Of a stretch of 64,000 nucleotides of DNA, positions 11,531 to 24,725 are shown piece after piece. The position numbers and the translations under genes are program-made. Each line of letters opens with the position of its first letter. The stretch's first letter is position 1. The notes under the pieces are model-generated. The model did no database searches. It was given only the letters and a program-made list of their open reading frames with translations, and was not told the DNA's origin. Origin of the DNA: Heterodontus francisci. Lineage: Eukaryota. The stretch spans positions 83,565,123 to 83,629,122 of the forward strand of contig NC_090383.1 in the NCBI RefSeq assembly GCF_036365525.1, written 5' to 3'.

Positions 11531-12285
11531 AATAATCAATCCCATACCATGCTTTCAGAACAGACTTAATGATAGGCAGTTTGCAGGCTAGAAGCAACAA
11601 GTTTTTTTTAAATAACCAAAGCCACACCCATTCATCGTCCAATTAAAAATTAGTCTGCATAGCACAACACGTGGCTATCATTCCTTCAGAATATAAATTA
11701 CACCACGACACTCACCCCACCTTAAAAAGATTATACAAACTCATGAGTTCAGGTAAATCTGGTCAGTTTAACGAGGTAAAATAATTAAACTTGCAGGCTT
11801 TAAATTTCAATCTGATTGAAATCATTTTACCAGAACGAATCACTTTTTAAAAACATTCTAAAGCAAGGATGCAATCATCATAATGCGGAAAATGATCAAA
11901 GTGTCAAGCTAATTAATTAGAAAAATCTGTGGTATATTAACAATACTGGTTTTATGTATTTAGACAGCTTCCTTAATGTGAAAGTGAAAACAGATCAACA
12001 CAAGAAAAAAATGCTAACACTGTCAAAGAAAACGAAAATGCTGGCTAAGGGTTCTGTGCCCGAAACATTATCCGCCCTTCCTTTTTCAAATATAAACAGA
12101 CGCTGAGAGTTGACACAATTTTTTGCTTTCGTGTCAGATGATCAAAAATCGTCAATAACTGAGTGATTCTAGTTTAAAGTTCGCCATAGGCTGCTACTGA
12201 AGCGCAGAGTCCCCATCTCTTGGACATGCCTGCAGCGCTGCTCATCCTAGGCTCCAGGATCAGACTGGGGCTGTTTGCCCCACAC

Positions 12286-12295
12286 ATGATGCAAT
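12286..12295 (+). promoter_or_regulatory. Candidate ATF4 C/EBP-ATF response element (CARE/AARE) in EPRS1 intron 1
   Basis: ATGATGCAAT about 65 bp into intron 1. Cytosolic aminoacyl-tRNA synthetase genes are established ATF4 targets. The motif is short and also occurs elsewhere in the window. Confidence 0.5.
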
Positions 12296-12359
12296 AGCGT
12301 GTGCTGTGGTGGGCTAAGCGGTGCAGGCTGGTCAGCCCGCTCACCGGCCGTACACTCAC

Positions 12360-12402
12360 CTAAACAAGGGCTGGAAACGTTCACTGACAGACTCAGAGCC
12401 AT
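12360..12402 (-). CDS. EPRS1: Bifunctional glutamyl-prolyl-tRNA synthetase, coding exon 1 (MALSLSVNVSSPCL-G)
   Basis: ATG at 12402-12400, 43 nt ending G|gtgagt. Resembles the human N-terminus MATLSLTVNSGDPPLG. CpG-rich context; splices in frame to the exon at 1924-2008. Confidence 0.9.
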
Positions 12403-12560
12403 CTGCCGTCCCGCTAAGAATCGCAGTCCAACTAACAGCCGCTATCGCCACTCAACAGCGACTTTGCCAGGACACGCTCCCACAATGAAGCGTCACCAGT
12501 ACTACTTCCGGGCGCCACAGCCTAAGCCTTCCCTCACAAAAACACCACTTCCGGTACCCC
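12403..12560 (-). promoter_or_regulatory. EPRS1: EPRS1 5' UTR/proximal promoter with two ETS/GABP motifs
   Basis: CpG-enriched; ACTTCCGG at 12504-12511 and 12547-12554, upstream of the ATG on the minus strand. Confidence 0.6.
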
Positions 12561-13399
12561 CACCATCCTTCCCCCCACATCCACAACAAACACATTGCTT
12601 AGTCATCTTGGAGAATTTAAAATAGTTATGGTGTAAAAGAAAGATGACTGTCGTTTGTTCAGACCAGTGCTGGGTAGTTTAAAGAACAGGAAACCAGTGC
12701 AAACCTATATACACCTGGGGTTATTTTTAGACAGAGATCATCATATGGCAAAATACTCCAGTATTCTGCACATCTGCCACGTAGTTACTAAAACTCAAAC
12801 TAGACAGACACGGAGTTGGACAGGAGGGGGACGCTGAATCTCTCCTGGTGTTCGTTACTGCAACTCCTAAACAGGGAGGATTTCCAATCATAAATCATAG
12901 AAGTGAAAAATAATTTATATTTTCAAAAATACATATGATAAATTTGGGGCTAACAGCTAGTAGTGCAGAGAAACACTGAAAGGAGCCAACAGTTAGTATA
13001 AAACAAAATATAATAAAAATAACACAATAAGAAAAATGAGGGATTCCAGGGATGACAAGGAAATCTAGTTGGAGGATGAGGCAATAGCAAAAGTATTAAA
13101 TATTTCGCTTTTTTTACAAACAAAAGTGAAAGTGAGAATGTAGATATACAATAGGACAATGTACAATAATTAATAGTTAAAATTTATTAATTCTGAAAAA
13201 AGCAGAAATCAAAGGAATAAGTAACTGAAACCTGATGGCATACGCCCTAGGCTTTCAAAGAAAGCCTGAGTGGAGATAACAGGTTCTAACCACAATCTTT
13301 TACTCTTTAACTATACAATTGTGCCGGGGGATTTGAAGGTAATATAACACATATGTTAAAGGAAGAGAATAATAAATAAAAAGGATGAGTTGGACTAAC

Positions 13400-13632
13400 A
13401 CCACACAGTCACGCCTTCAGCTGCCAAGACCCGAAGCTCTGAAATTCCTTCACTAAACAAACACCTCTTCCTCTTTTCAGACACTCCTTAACTCTTTGAC
13501 CAAGCTTTTTGGTCATCTGCCTTAGTATCTCCTGATGTGGCTCACTGTCATATTTTGTTTTATATTGCTCCTGTGAAGTGCTTTGAAATGTTTTGTTACA
13601 TTCAAGGCACTATATAAATACAAGCTGTTGTT
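13400..13632 (+). mobile_element. L2 LINE 3' fragment
   Basis: 3' end (...ggcactatataaatacaagctgttg) matches the L2 tail at 31540-31600. Confidence 0.6.
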
Positions 13633-14011
13633 GGTAGGCTTTTAGAATCCATATCTTGATTATCAAATTAGTGCACATTTAGGAATTTGTGAGATAATCA
13701 TGGACATTCAGCATGGATGTTAAAAAGTAAGCCTTTTTTGAAAAATTGAAGTGTTGGTTGAAGTACCAACTAATTGGATGAAGGCAATGCACTGTCTATG
13801 GACTTTCAAAATGCATACAATAAGGTGGCTCCTTACAAAACTTGTGCTGTGTGGTTTAAAAAATAAAGTAACATGGATAGAAAATTTGTCGACAGGGAAG
13901 AAGGTTAGAGTTAATGGATGTTGCTTGGATTCCAGAAGGAATGAATATATTGAATTCCAGAGGCCAGTGCCACTTGTGAAGGAATCGGGCCATATTGAGG
14001 GGTTATAAGGT

Positions 14012-17000
14012 TAAGAACATAAGAAATAGGAGCAGGAGTAGGCCATTCATCCCCTCAAGCCTGCCCTGCCATTCAATAAGATCATGGCTGATCTGTCCCA
14101 AGCCTCAACTCCTCTTTCGGGCCTGCTCCGCATAACCCTTGACTCACCGATATTTCAATAATCTAACTACCTCCTCCTTAAATATATTGAGTGACCCAGC
14201 CTCCACAACTCTCTGGGGTAAAAAATTCCAGAGATTCACCACCATCAGAGAGAAGAAATTCCTTCGCATCTCAGTTTTAAATATGTGCCCCCTTATTCTG
14301 TAACTATGTCCCCTAATTCAAGATTCCCCCACCACTGGAAACATATTCTCAACATCTACCCTGTCAAGCCCGCTTAGAATCTTATATGTTTCAATAAGAT
14401 CACCTCTCATTCTTCTAAACTCCAATGAATAAAGGCCTAACCTGTTTAGCCGTTCTTGATAAGACAATTCCTTCATTGCAGGAATCAGCCTCATGAACCT
14501 TTTCTGAACTGCCTCCAATGCTAGTATATCCTTCCTTAAATACAGGGACCAAAACTGTATGCAGTACTCCAGGTAACTCCCTAGCAATAAAGGCCAAAAT
14601 TCCATTTGCCTTCCTAATTACCTGCTGCACCTGCATGCTAACATTTTGTGTTTCATGTACAAGAACACCCAGATCCCTCTGTGCTGCAGTATTTTGTAGT
14701 CTTTCTCCATCTAAATATAATCTGCCTTTTTATTCTTCCTACCAAAGTGGATGACCTCACACTTTCCCACATTGAACTCCATCTGCCAAGTTTTTGCCCA
14801 CTCACTTAACCTATCTACATGCCTTTGCAGATTCTTTGTGTCCTCATTACAACATGCCTTCCCACCTATTTTTGTATCATCCGCAAATTTGGATACACTA
14901 CACTCTGTCCCTTCCTCCTAGTCATTAATATAAATAGTAAATAGTTGAGGCCCTAGGACCAATCCTTGTGGCACCCCACTAGTTACAGCTTTCCAACCTG
15001 AAAAAGACCCATTGATCCCGACTCTCTGCCTTCTGTGTGTTAGCCAATCACAGCTGTGCTGAAGGAGGGCACTATGGAGGACTCGAGCAGTGAGGCAATA
15101 TGGACAGAACTCAGAAATAGGAAGGGTGCGGTAACAATGTTGGGGCTGTACTACAGGCCTCCCAACAGCGAGCGTGAGATAGAGGTACAAATATGTAAAC
15201 AGATTATGGAAAGATGTAGGAGCAACAGGGTGGTGGTGATAGGAGATTTTAATTTTCCCAACATTGACTGGGATTCGCTTAGTGTTAGAGGTCCAGATGG
15301 AGCAGAATTTGTAAGGAGCATCCAGGAGGGTTTTCTAGAGCAGTATGTAAATAGTCCAACTCGGGAAGGGGCCATACTGGACCTGGTGTTGGGGAATGAG
15401 CCCGGCCAGGTTGTTGAAGTTTCAGTAGGGGACTACTTTGGGAATAGTGATCACAATTCCGTAAGCTTTAAAATACTCATGGACAAAGACGAGAGTGGTC
15501 CAAAAGGGAGAGTGCTAAATTGGGGGAAGGCCAACTACACCAAAATTCGGCAGGAGCTGGGAAATGTAGATTGGGAGCAGCTGTTTGAAGGTAAATCCAC
15601 ATGTGATATGTGGGAGGCTTTTAAAGAGAGGTTGATTAGCGTGCAGGAGAGACATGTTCCTGTGAAAATGAGGGATAGAAATGGCAAGATTAGGGAACCA
15701 TGGATGACAGGTGAAATTGTGAGACTAGCTGAGGAAAAAGGAAGCATACATAAGGTCTAGGCGGCTGATGAAAGACGAAGCTTTGAAAGAATATCGGGAA
15801 TGTAGGACCAATCTGAAACGAGGAATTAAGAGGGCTAAAAGGGGTCATGAAATATCTTTAGCAAACAGGGTTAAGGAAAATCCCAAAGCCTTTTATTCAT
15901 ATATAAGGAGAAAGAGGGTAACTAGAGAAAGGATTGGCCCACTAAAGGACAAAGGAGGAATGTTATGCTTGGACTCAGAGAAAATGGGTGAGATTCTAAA
16001 CGAGTACTTTGCATCGGTATTCACCGAGGAGAGGGACATGACGGATGTTGAGGTTAGGAACAGATGTTTGATTACTCTAGGTCAAGTCGGCATAAGGAGG
16101 GAGGAAGTGTTGGGTATTCTAAAGGGCATTAAGGTGGACAAGTCCCCAGGTCCGGATGGGATCTATCCCAGGTTACTGAGGGAAGCGAGAGAGGAAATAG
16201 CTGGGGCCTTAACAGATATCTTTGCAGCATCCTTAAACACGGGTGAGGTCCCGGAGGACTGGAGAATTGCTAATGTTGTCCCCTTGTTTAAGAAGGGTAG
16301 CAGGGATAATCCAGGTAATTATAGACCGGTGAGCCTGACGTCAGTGGTAGGGAAGCTGCTGGAGAAGATACTGAGGGATAGGATCTATTCCCATTTGGAA
16401 GAAAATGGGCTCATCAGTGATAGGCAACATGGTTTTGTGCAGGGAAGGTCATGTCTTACCAACTTAATAGAATTCTTTGAGGAAGTGACAAAGTTGATTG
16501 ATGAGGGAAGGGCTGTCGATGTCATATACATGGACTTCAGTAAGGCGTTTGATAAGGTTCCCCATGGCAGGCTGATGGAGAAAGTGAAGGCGCTTGGGGT
16601 CCAAGGTGTACTAGCTAGATGGATAAAGAACTGGCTGGGCAACAGGAGGCAGAGAGTAGCAGTAGAAGGGAGTTTCTCAAAATGGAGACGTGTGACCAGT
16701 GGTGTTCCACAGGGATCCGTGCTGGGACCACTGTTGTTTGTGATATACATTAATGATTTGGAGGAAAGTATAGGTGGACTGATTAGCAAATTTGCAGACG
16801 ACACTAAGATTGGTGGAGTAGCAGATAGTGAAGGGGACTGTCAGAGAATACAGCAGAATATAGATAGATTGGAGAGTTGGGCAGAGAAATGGCAGATGGA
16901 GTTCAATCAGGGCAAATGCGAGGTGATGCATTTTGGAAGATCCAATTCAAGAGTGAACTATACAGTAAATGGAAAAGTCCTGGGGAAAATTGATGTCCAG

Positions 17001-18862
17001 AGAGATTTGGGTGTTCAGGTCCACTGTTCCCTGAAGGTGGCAACGCAGGTAAATAGAGTGGTCAAGAAGGCATACGGCATGCTTTCCTTCATCGGACGGG
17101 GCATTGAGTACAAGAGTTGGCAGGTCATGTTACAGTTGTATAGGACTTTGGTTCGGCCACATTTGGAATACTGCGTACAGTTCTGGTCGCCACATTATCA
17201 AAAGGATGTGGATGCTTTGGAGAGGGTGCAGAGGAGGTTCACCAGGATGTTGCCTGGTATGGAGGGCGCTAGCTATGAAGAGAGGTTGAGCAGATTAGGA
17301 TTATTTTCATTAGAAAGACGGAGGTTGAGGGGGGACCTGATTGAGGTGTACAAAATCATGAGAGGTATAGACAGGGTGGATAGCAAGAGGCTTTTTCCCA
17401 GAGTGGGGGTTTCAATTACTAGAGGACACGAGTTCAAAGTGAAAGGGGAAAAGTTTAGGGGGGATATGCGTGGAAAGTTCTTTACGCAGAGGGTGGTGGG
17501 CACCTGGAACGCATTGCCAGCGGAGGTGGTAGATGCGGGCACGATGGAGTCTTTTAAGATGTATCTAGACAGATACATGAATGGGCAGGAAGAAAAGAGA
17601 TACAGAACCTTAGAAAATAGGCGACATGTTTAGAGAGAGGATCTGGATCGGCGCAGGCTTGGAGGGCCGAAGGGCCTGTTCCTGTGCTGTAATTATCTTT
17701 GTTCTTTGTTCTTTGTTCTCAATCCATGCCAACACATTACCCCCAATACCCTGAGTTCTTATTTTGTGCAATAACCTTTTATGTGGCACCTTATCAAAAG
17801 TCTTCTGAAAATCCAAATACACTACATCCACCAGTTCCCCTTTATCCACACTGCTTGTTATATCCTCAAAGAACTCTAACAAATTTGTCAAACATGATTT
17901 CCCCTTCATAAAACCATGTTGACTCTGTTTGATTGCATTATGTTTTTCTAAATGTCCTGCTATTTCTTCCTTAATAATGGACTCTCGCATTTTCCCAATG
18001 ACAGATGTTAAGCTAACTGGTCTATAGATTCCTCCTTTCTGTCTCCCTCCTTTCTTGAATAGGGGCGTCACATTAGAGGTTTTCCAATCCACTGGTACCC
18101 TACCGGAATCCAGTGAGTTTTGGTATGTTAAGAACAATGTCTCCATTATCTCTGCAGCCACTTCTTTTAAAACCCTTGGATGCAGGCCATCAGGTCCTGG
18201 CAACTTGTCTGCCTTTAGTCCCATCGGTTTGTCAAGCACCTTTCCCCTCGTGATAGAGATTGTTACAAGTTCCTCCCTCCCATTTACACCTTGCTCATCT
18301 ATTATTGTTGGGATGTTTATCGTGTCCTCCACCGTGAAGACCCATGTAAAGTATTGGTTTAAATTATCTGCCATTTCCCTGTTCCCTGTTATTAATTTCC
18401 AGTCTCATCCTGTAAGGGTCCCACACTTACTTTAGCTACTCACTTCCTTTTTATATATCCGTCGAAGCTCTTGCTGTTTGTTTCTATATTTCTTGCCAAT
18501 TTACTCTCATAATCAATTTTCTCCCTCTTTATTCGTTTTTTTAGTCATCCACTGCTGGTTCCTAAAAAATTCCCAATCCTCTGGCCTACCACTGGCTTTC
18601 ACCGCTTTGTATGCCTTCGTTTTTGATTTGATACTTTCCTTTACTTCCTTTGTTATCCATGGGTGGTTCATCGTTCTCATTGAGTCCTTCCTTCTGACCG
18701 GAATATCGGTTTGCTGAGTGTTATGAAATATCTGCTTAAAAGTCTGCCACTACTCATCTACTGACTTTCTCTTTAGTCAATTTTCCCAGCTCGCTTTAGA
18801 CATCTCTTTCTTCATACCTTTGTAATTGCCCTTGTTTAAGTTGAAGGCACTGGTTTGAGACC
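14012..18862 (-). mobile_element. Older CR1 LINE split by a nested younger CR1 (segments 14012-15049 and 17718-18862)
   Basis: Minus-strand RT fragments (ORFs 14318-14605, 14918-15190, 17610-18374). Host sequence is continuous across the insert: tagccaatc|ctcaatccatgcc. Confidence 0.9.
15050..17717 (+). mobile_element. Young 5'-truncated CR1 LINE (partial APE plus complete RT), one frameshift near 15730
   Basis: ORFs 15056-15760 and 15768-17633; PQGSVLGP and KFADD motifs; short 3' UTR and (TTCTTTG)n tail. Confidence 0.93.
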
Positions 18863-19381
18863 TATTAAAAGAATTGGTTTCCTATAAATGAGAGATTAAA
18901 ATTTTAAAAAGGTTCAACTTCCTGAAAGGTTAAAAAAGTTCATTTCTATAATACTAAAAGCCTCGGGAAAAAGCTTGCTTCATCTTCACACATGAAGGCA
19001 GTTTCTGATGACAGGAATCTGCTTCCTAATGTCACAAAACTCACCACATGTTAAAACATTATCATAGTTTTGCAACCTATCATGAAAGCTACTGCAATGT
19101 AATAGTTGATAAGATATCCTACTTAAATATTTTACTGTAACAATAGATTTAAAAATTGGATTCTCTACTGGAAACAAGATTGTACTTTATTTCTTTTCCT
19201 AGAACTATTAACATTGCAACTGTGAATTGCATGTTTGGTTCTTTAATAAACTTTTATATGATTAAGAAATTATATTGTCTCGCATAGTCTTCTGTATTGC
19301 TAACTCATGAACCAGTCTCCATACACTCTTTGGTGGGGAGGTACGACTCTGAGGAGAGATTCCCAAACCCTATTAATATCC

Positions 19382-19450
19382 TTTCTTCTTCTTCTTTGGC
19401 CTCCTTGTCTCGAGAGACAATGGGTAAGCGCCTAGAGGTGGTCGGGTTGT
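19382..19450 (-). mobile_element. Very short LINE 3'-terminal fragment, probably RTE, with (GAA)n tail
   Basis: (TTC)n at 19382-19396 next to hairpin TTGTCT-CGAG-AGACAA (19405-19420). Confidence 0.5.
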
Positions 19451-19739
19451 TATAATCTGGTTAAAACTTGCTTAACAGGCTATCTGGAGGACAGTAATAT
19501 TCTCACCTGGTTCCTTTCTTTTAGGGAGAGTTAGATCAGCCCTTCAGACCCATTTAAGTCTTTGGGTTCTGTCTTTCTTAAGTTGAGAGTGATCTGAGAA
19601 GTATGCCTGATCTGGGATAGCCCCAAAAATGGGCTAGGATTATAATTCACTACAGACTTTTGTTCTCAGTATGCACAGAGGGAGCACAATTTCAAGTTGC
19701 TAAAGGCACAGAAGTCACAGGTTTCAGAAATAGTGGACT

Positions 19740-20510
19740 GTAACAGACTTTAAGACATGGATATAACAATAGGTAGGTGCAACTTAATAGAGAGGGATGT
19801 AAAAGTGATGCATTTTAGGTAGCAAACAAGGAGTGGGAATATAAAGTCAACAGAAAGACACTGAAGATTGAGGATGAACAGTAAGACTGTGGATACAAAT
19901 ACATTAATTATTAGAACAAATGTAGGTAATTTTATTTAAAAAGTCACAGAGTTTCATAAATAAGAGCTAAAAAGGTAATCTTAAATTTGTATAAAAGATT
20001 GGTCAGGCCACAGTTAGAGCACAGTGCCTGTTTCATTACAGAAAGCAAGAGCAGGCATTCAGGGTACTTTCACCAGGATAATGCCACATATGGGAACCAA
20101 TAGTTATAATGAGATGTTCGACACTGGGACTATTTGCACTGGGTCAGAGAAAGCTGAGTAAAGGATTAATAAAGGTTTTTCAAATTCTGAAAGCGTTTAA
20201 TAGGAAATATTTTTTTCTTATTCATCCTCTGGTTGGGGAATCAGTGACAACTGATCATCAATTTAAAAATCACAAAAAGAATGAAATGACGAGGAATATA
20301 TTCATGCAGAAACTTGTTGAGCACAGAATGCTTTGCCAGACAGTTGAGCAGCATTTTTTTTAAAGGGAAGAGGAAATAAACATTTAACATGAGAAAGATA
20401 TGAAACTACAGTTAAAGCAAGGCAATGGGATTAGTTTTGGTGTGCCATAGTAAAGATCTGGCAGACACAGTGCACCAAATGGCCTCCTTTCACACTATAA
20501 AGCATGATAT
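19740..20510 (+). mobile_element. Highly decayed CR1 3' region
   Basis: Remnants of KVMHF, LVRPQLE and LGLFAL motifs and a CR1-like tail. Confidence 0.6.
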
Positions 20511-21263
20511 GTTTAAATGTACAATTAAACTGACTTATATTTTATAAATTTCTAGACTGCCCACTCAAAATCAGACTGGTGACTGGAGAAGTCTAACCTG
20601 CCCTCCAGAGAAAGTGTAAACATCAAGCAAATATTTGAAGTGATATCACTAAAAGATCTACACAACTTCTAAAACTGGAATAGTTACACCAAAGGGCCAT
20701 CTGCTAAGGCCATTGCATAATTAAGCTAAACAGTCAAAAGGGTTTAGGTTTAATTTGCAATCTGTTGTTTATATGGCAATTGTCAAGCTTCTTAGACTGA
20801 ACACATTTTAGTGGTCCAGTTTGTATCAGTGCCACTTTTATTTGAGTGCTGCTAGTGATTCTGAATGGTACATGCTGTCAGGAATTCTCATGAGGACAAC
20901 TTTCACTGACAATATGGAGCAGCTGGAACTCCTTTGGAAATGGGTACTTTGAAAAGAGGGAAAGGGATGATAATGAAGAGGAGAGAGAAGTTGAAGATGA
21001 AGGGGTCAGAAGCTGTGAGCAATGATTGGTTGTAATTGGGGGGGGGGGGGGGGGGGGTGAGAGTAAAAGAAAGGAGTGCTAACATAGGAAAATATCCCAA
21101 GCTATTTCACAGGAGTGTAAACAAAATTTGACACCAAGCCACCAGAGGAGATATTAGGAGAGATGACCAAAAGCTCAGTCGAAGAGGTTAGATTTCAAGG
21201 ACAATCTTGAAAGAATAAGAAGTGGAAAGATTTAGGTTGGGGGAGCGGGGGAGAGTCAGAGAG

Positions 21264-22466
21264 CAGGATTATCCAACATACAGCCCACGGGCCAAGATGT
21301 GGCCCACCAAAGTTTTCCATCCAGCCTGCAGATATATTTCAGTGATGAGAAATTTCCCATTGGTTTCTTCGTCCAGACCAGCTTTTCAAAAAAAAAAATG
21401 CAACTGAGTTTCACAGCTGACAAGTGCTGGAAGCGGGAACAGCTGTTTCCCAACTTCAGACCGATTTGGAATTTTCCGATGAGCTTTTAAAAAACTCTGA
21501 AACCGCCAGAGAACCCCAAATTTCTCTGAAGTTCAAAAACTGCTGTTCCTGTTGCCAGTGCCTGTCAGCCATGAAATTGAGAGCGATTTTTTTTCGAAAA
21601 CTGACCAACCATATAGCTGCTCTGCTGAGCACTCCCGCTTTCTGCAACTGTCAAAGACAGAGCGTGTGACACAAAGACACACACAAATGGGTGGGTGCGT
21701 GGGGTGGGGGGGGGGGGCAGGGCAGCGGGAAGAGGGATAGAACAAGAGAGCCAGAGCGAGAGCGAGGCAGGGGGATAGGGAGGGATACAGAGACAGGGGG
21801 AGGGAAAAGAGAAGAGGAACCAGAGCAAGGGAGGGTGAGGGGAAACACGAACCAGATAGGTGGGAAATGATGGGGGTCAGGGGAGGTCAGAGAGAAGGAG
21901 AAGGGACAGAAAGGGAGGGGGACAGAGAGAGATGGAGAGGGGAGACAGAGCAAGGGGAAATGCAGAGCACAAGGGAGAGGGAACAGAGAGTACAAGGACG
22001 ACAGAGACTGGGGAACGAGAGAGGGGGGACATGGAGGGAGGGGGAGGGAAGAGAGTCAGAAAGGGACAGAGACAGGGACAGAGAGAGAGGAGAGAGATAG
22101 AGACAGACAGAGAGACAAAGAGAGAGAGAAGACAGACAGAGACAGAGAGAGCGTGAGAGTGATCAAAATCATTCCTGACAGGTGGACATCTATCCGGAAT
22201 GCTCCACATTGCTACAAGTGTGAGCAAACATTGACTACTTGTACAAGCAAAAAAATGTCAAGTATCACACAAAATCAGTGTCCAAGATAATGGCAACATG
22301 TCAATGATCTTCTCATCTAAAGCTCAACAAAAAGGCACATTTGTTTTAATAGTAAATTTTTAATGCCATTATCTTTCTGAAATTTTCTCAGCAGCCTTCT
22401 ATGCAAGACATAAATTGTAATATGGCCCCCCCCCCCCCCCACTTACCAAAAGGTTGGACAACCCTG
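21264..22466. mobile_element. Non-autonomous hAT/Charlie-like DNA transposon inserted in a minus-strand L2; internal (GA)-rich tract 21700-22160
   Basis: Imperfect 14-bp TIRs CAGGATTATCCAAC (21264-21277) / GTTGGACAACCCTG (22453-22466), subterminal GCCCACGGGCC...GGCCC motif. No clean 8-bp TSD. Confidence 0.65.
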
Positions 22467-22974
22467 CTTACAGCCTCAGCAGCTGAAGGCATCGTTGACA
22501 ACAATGCAAGAGCACATATATTTCAGAGGTTTGTAGGGCTGGAGGAGATTATAATGATAGGGAGGGACTAGTTCTTGGTGGGATTTGACAAATGATGAGA
22601 ATTTTAAACTTGAAGCATTCCTTAACCTGGAGCCAATGTAGGTCAGTAAGCAGAGAAGTGATGGGTGAATAGTACTTAGTGAAAGTTAGGATAGGAGGAG
22701 AGTTTTAGATGACAAGTTTATAGAGGTCATCCAAAGAGTGGCAGTATGAACGATAGGCGGTGGCGGGGGAGAAAAGTAAGCCAATCTGAGTGGCAGAGGG
22801 GGCAAGAGTATAGGTTGAATGTAAATAATGGGCATTTCCATGGGCACAGGGCAGTTAGGTGCCAGAGATATGGTCAAATTGATGTTTGTGCCCAATTGGC
22901 CTATGCAAATGACGTCCCACTTGCAAGCACAAATGTGACTAGTGCTGACATCATTTCATAACTGGTTGAAAGAA

Positions 22975-23505
22975 TAGAGTGAGAACAATGTGGTTATGAA
23001 CTGGAAAGGTTGGAGAAGGGCTCCAGATTTATGAATTGTGCCTTTAGATTGGAAAATTGTAAATGTCACTCCATTATTTAAGGATCAGGGAGGAACGGAT
23101 TAACAAGAGACTGGACAATTCATTGTAATTTGTGAGAAAGTTACTGGAATCTATCAGCAAGAACAGTGCCTGAGCAATTGAACAAGGATGAAATGATCAG
23201 AATCAGCATACGTTGTTAAGCATAACTCATATCTGTCTAATCTAGTCAAAATTTTAATGTGCTCATTGGGCTGATGGATATGAGACACTCTATGGATGTT
23301 GTTCATATGGACTTCCAGGAGGCACGATAAGGTTACGCACGAGAGTTTAGCAAAAACAGAAGCACACAAAACTGGAGGTAACCTTAGGTCAGTTAGTGGT
23401 TGGAATGTTGGCAACAGAAGAGCAAGGATAAAGGATTTGTTGGTGGGATCTGATATGTAGTGTTCTCCAGGGATGTGTACCAGGGCCTCTGCTTTTCACC
23501 ATACT
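22975..23505 (+). mobile_element. Highly decayed CR1 RT fragment
   Basis: DWKIVNVTPLF and MDFQ..DKV remnants. Confidence 0.55.
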
Positions 23506-23858
23506 CTCCAGCTTACTAGCACTACATTTTCCTCTGCACTATATTAAACTTTAAAAAAAAAACCTCAAGCATAACACCAAAAATTGTAAAGAGGAAAATG
23601 TACCCATAGTTATTAAATCCAGTTTCAGTACACTGGCACTAAGTAACATCTAATTACTTAGATGATTCTTGGAGTAAAGATCTCAGACATTGAGAATGCT
23701 TGACAATCATTACCCAGTATTGACGGTGGAACAAGTCCTCCATCCTTCAAAATCCATCTTTTGACTTCAGTTCAATACATTCGGCAACTTAGATTAGAGT
23801 CACATTTAGTTTTTTTGCAGTTTGTCAGCAATACAAATGCATTTTCCCATTCAGGATT

Positions 23859-23864
23859 TTTATT
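23859..23864 (-). terminator. BPNT1: Candidate BPNT1 polyadenylation signal (AATAAA); alternative ATTAAA at 24200-24205
   Basis: TTTATT on the plus strand about 860 nt past the stop codon, in AT-rich, repeat-free 3' UTR-like sequence. Confidence 0.35.
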
Positions 23865-24725
23865 TAAAAGACGTGCTAATGAAATTCAAGGTTCCAAGTC
23901 TTCCTTTCGCCTCTGCCTTTCTAAAAAATAATCAATTTCTCATTATGTTCATACGGTCAGCTCAGTCAGATTTACAGTTTGTGAAGGAAAAAAATCTATT
24001 TTGTTGATTATATTATGTGAGGTTAATAATGTTTAAACAAAAAGAATGCATGCTTGTACTGATCTCCCATTTTGTGGCAGTGAATGCCCATGGTCTAAAA
24101 CCATATCTCTAAAATGCAGATTGTGTGCTATCACCTGAAACTAATTAAATGCAATGATTATAAAATATAATTTAAAGAAATGACATTTTCTTGCAAACAT
24201 TTAATCATTTTTACATACAAGTAAATGTGAAAATAACAGATTAATAAGGATCTATATACAAATACAGAATTTGTAGAATTTGTTGGCAACCTAATTTTCC
24301 TGGTGTAGAAAGGCACAATCATCAATGTGGATTTAGGTTAGCCAATATTCAACACAAGGCTACCCATAAAAATCAAGTGCAAATACAATTGTGTAGAACC
24401 ATTAAAAAAAAATCTTCTCAATTCGGATAACTCGTAAGACAAAACCGTCTGATACAGGTTAAAAAACTTGCAGCAAAAATTTCTGGAATAAACATCAGCT
24501 TTGGATGATCTGAAGTGTATGTGAGACAATGAAATCTACCCTACTACAGAACAGAGATAGTAGCTCTGCAAATCAGTACCTGTACTGCAGAGTAAAACAA
24601 ACAGCTGTGCCCACATACTAATAACAGGAAGATTATAACTCATTTGAAAAATTAGCTAAAACTAACCAAGAACATTCAGACATTCTGGTCACTCAAAAGG
24701 TTATTAAGGCAGCATTTACAATTTT

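Noticed and set aside
21651-22227. Overlapping Arg/Glu-rich and Leu/Ser/Pro-rich ORFs
   Set aside because: Translation of a (GA)-rich low-complexity tract inside a DNA transposon.
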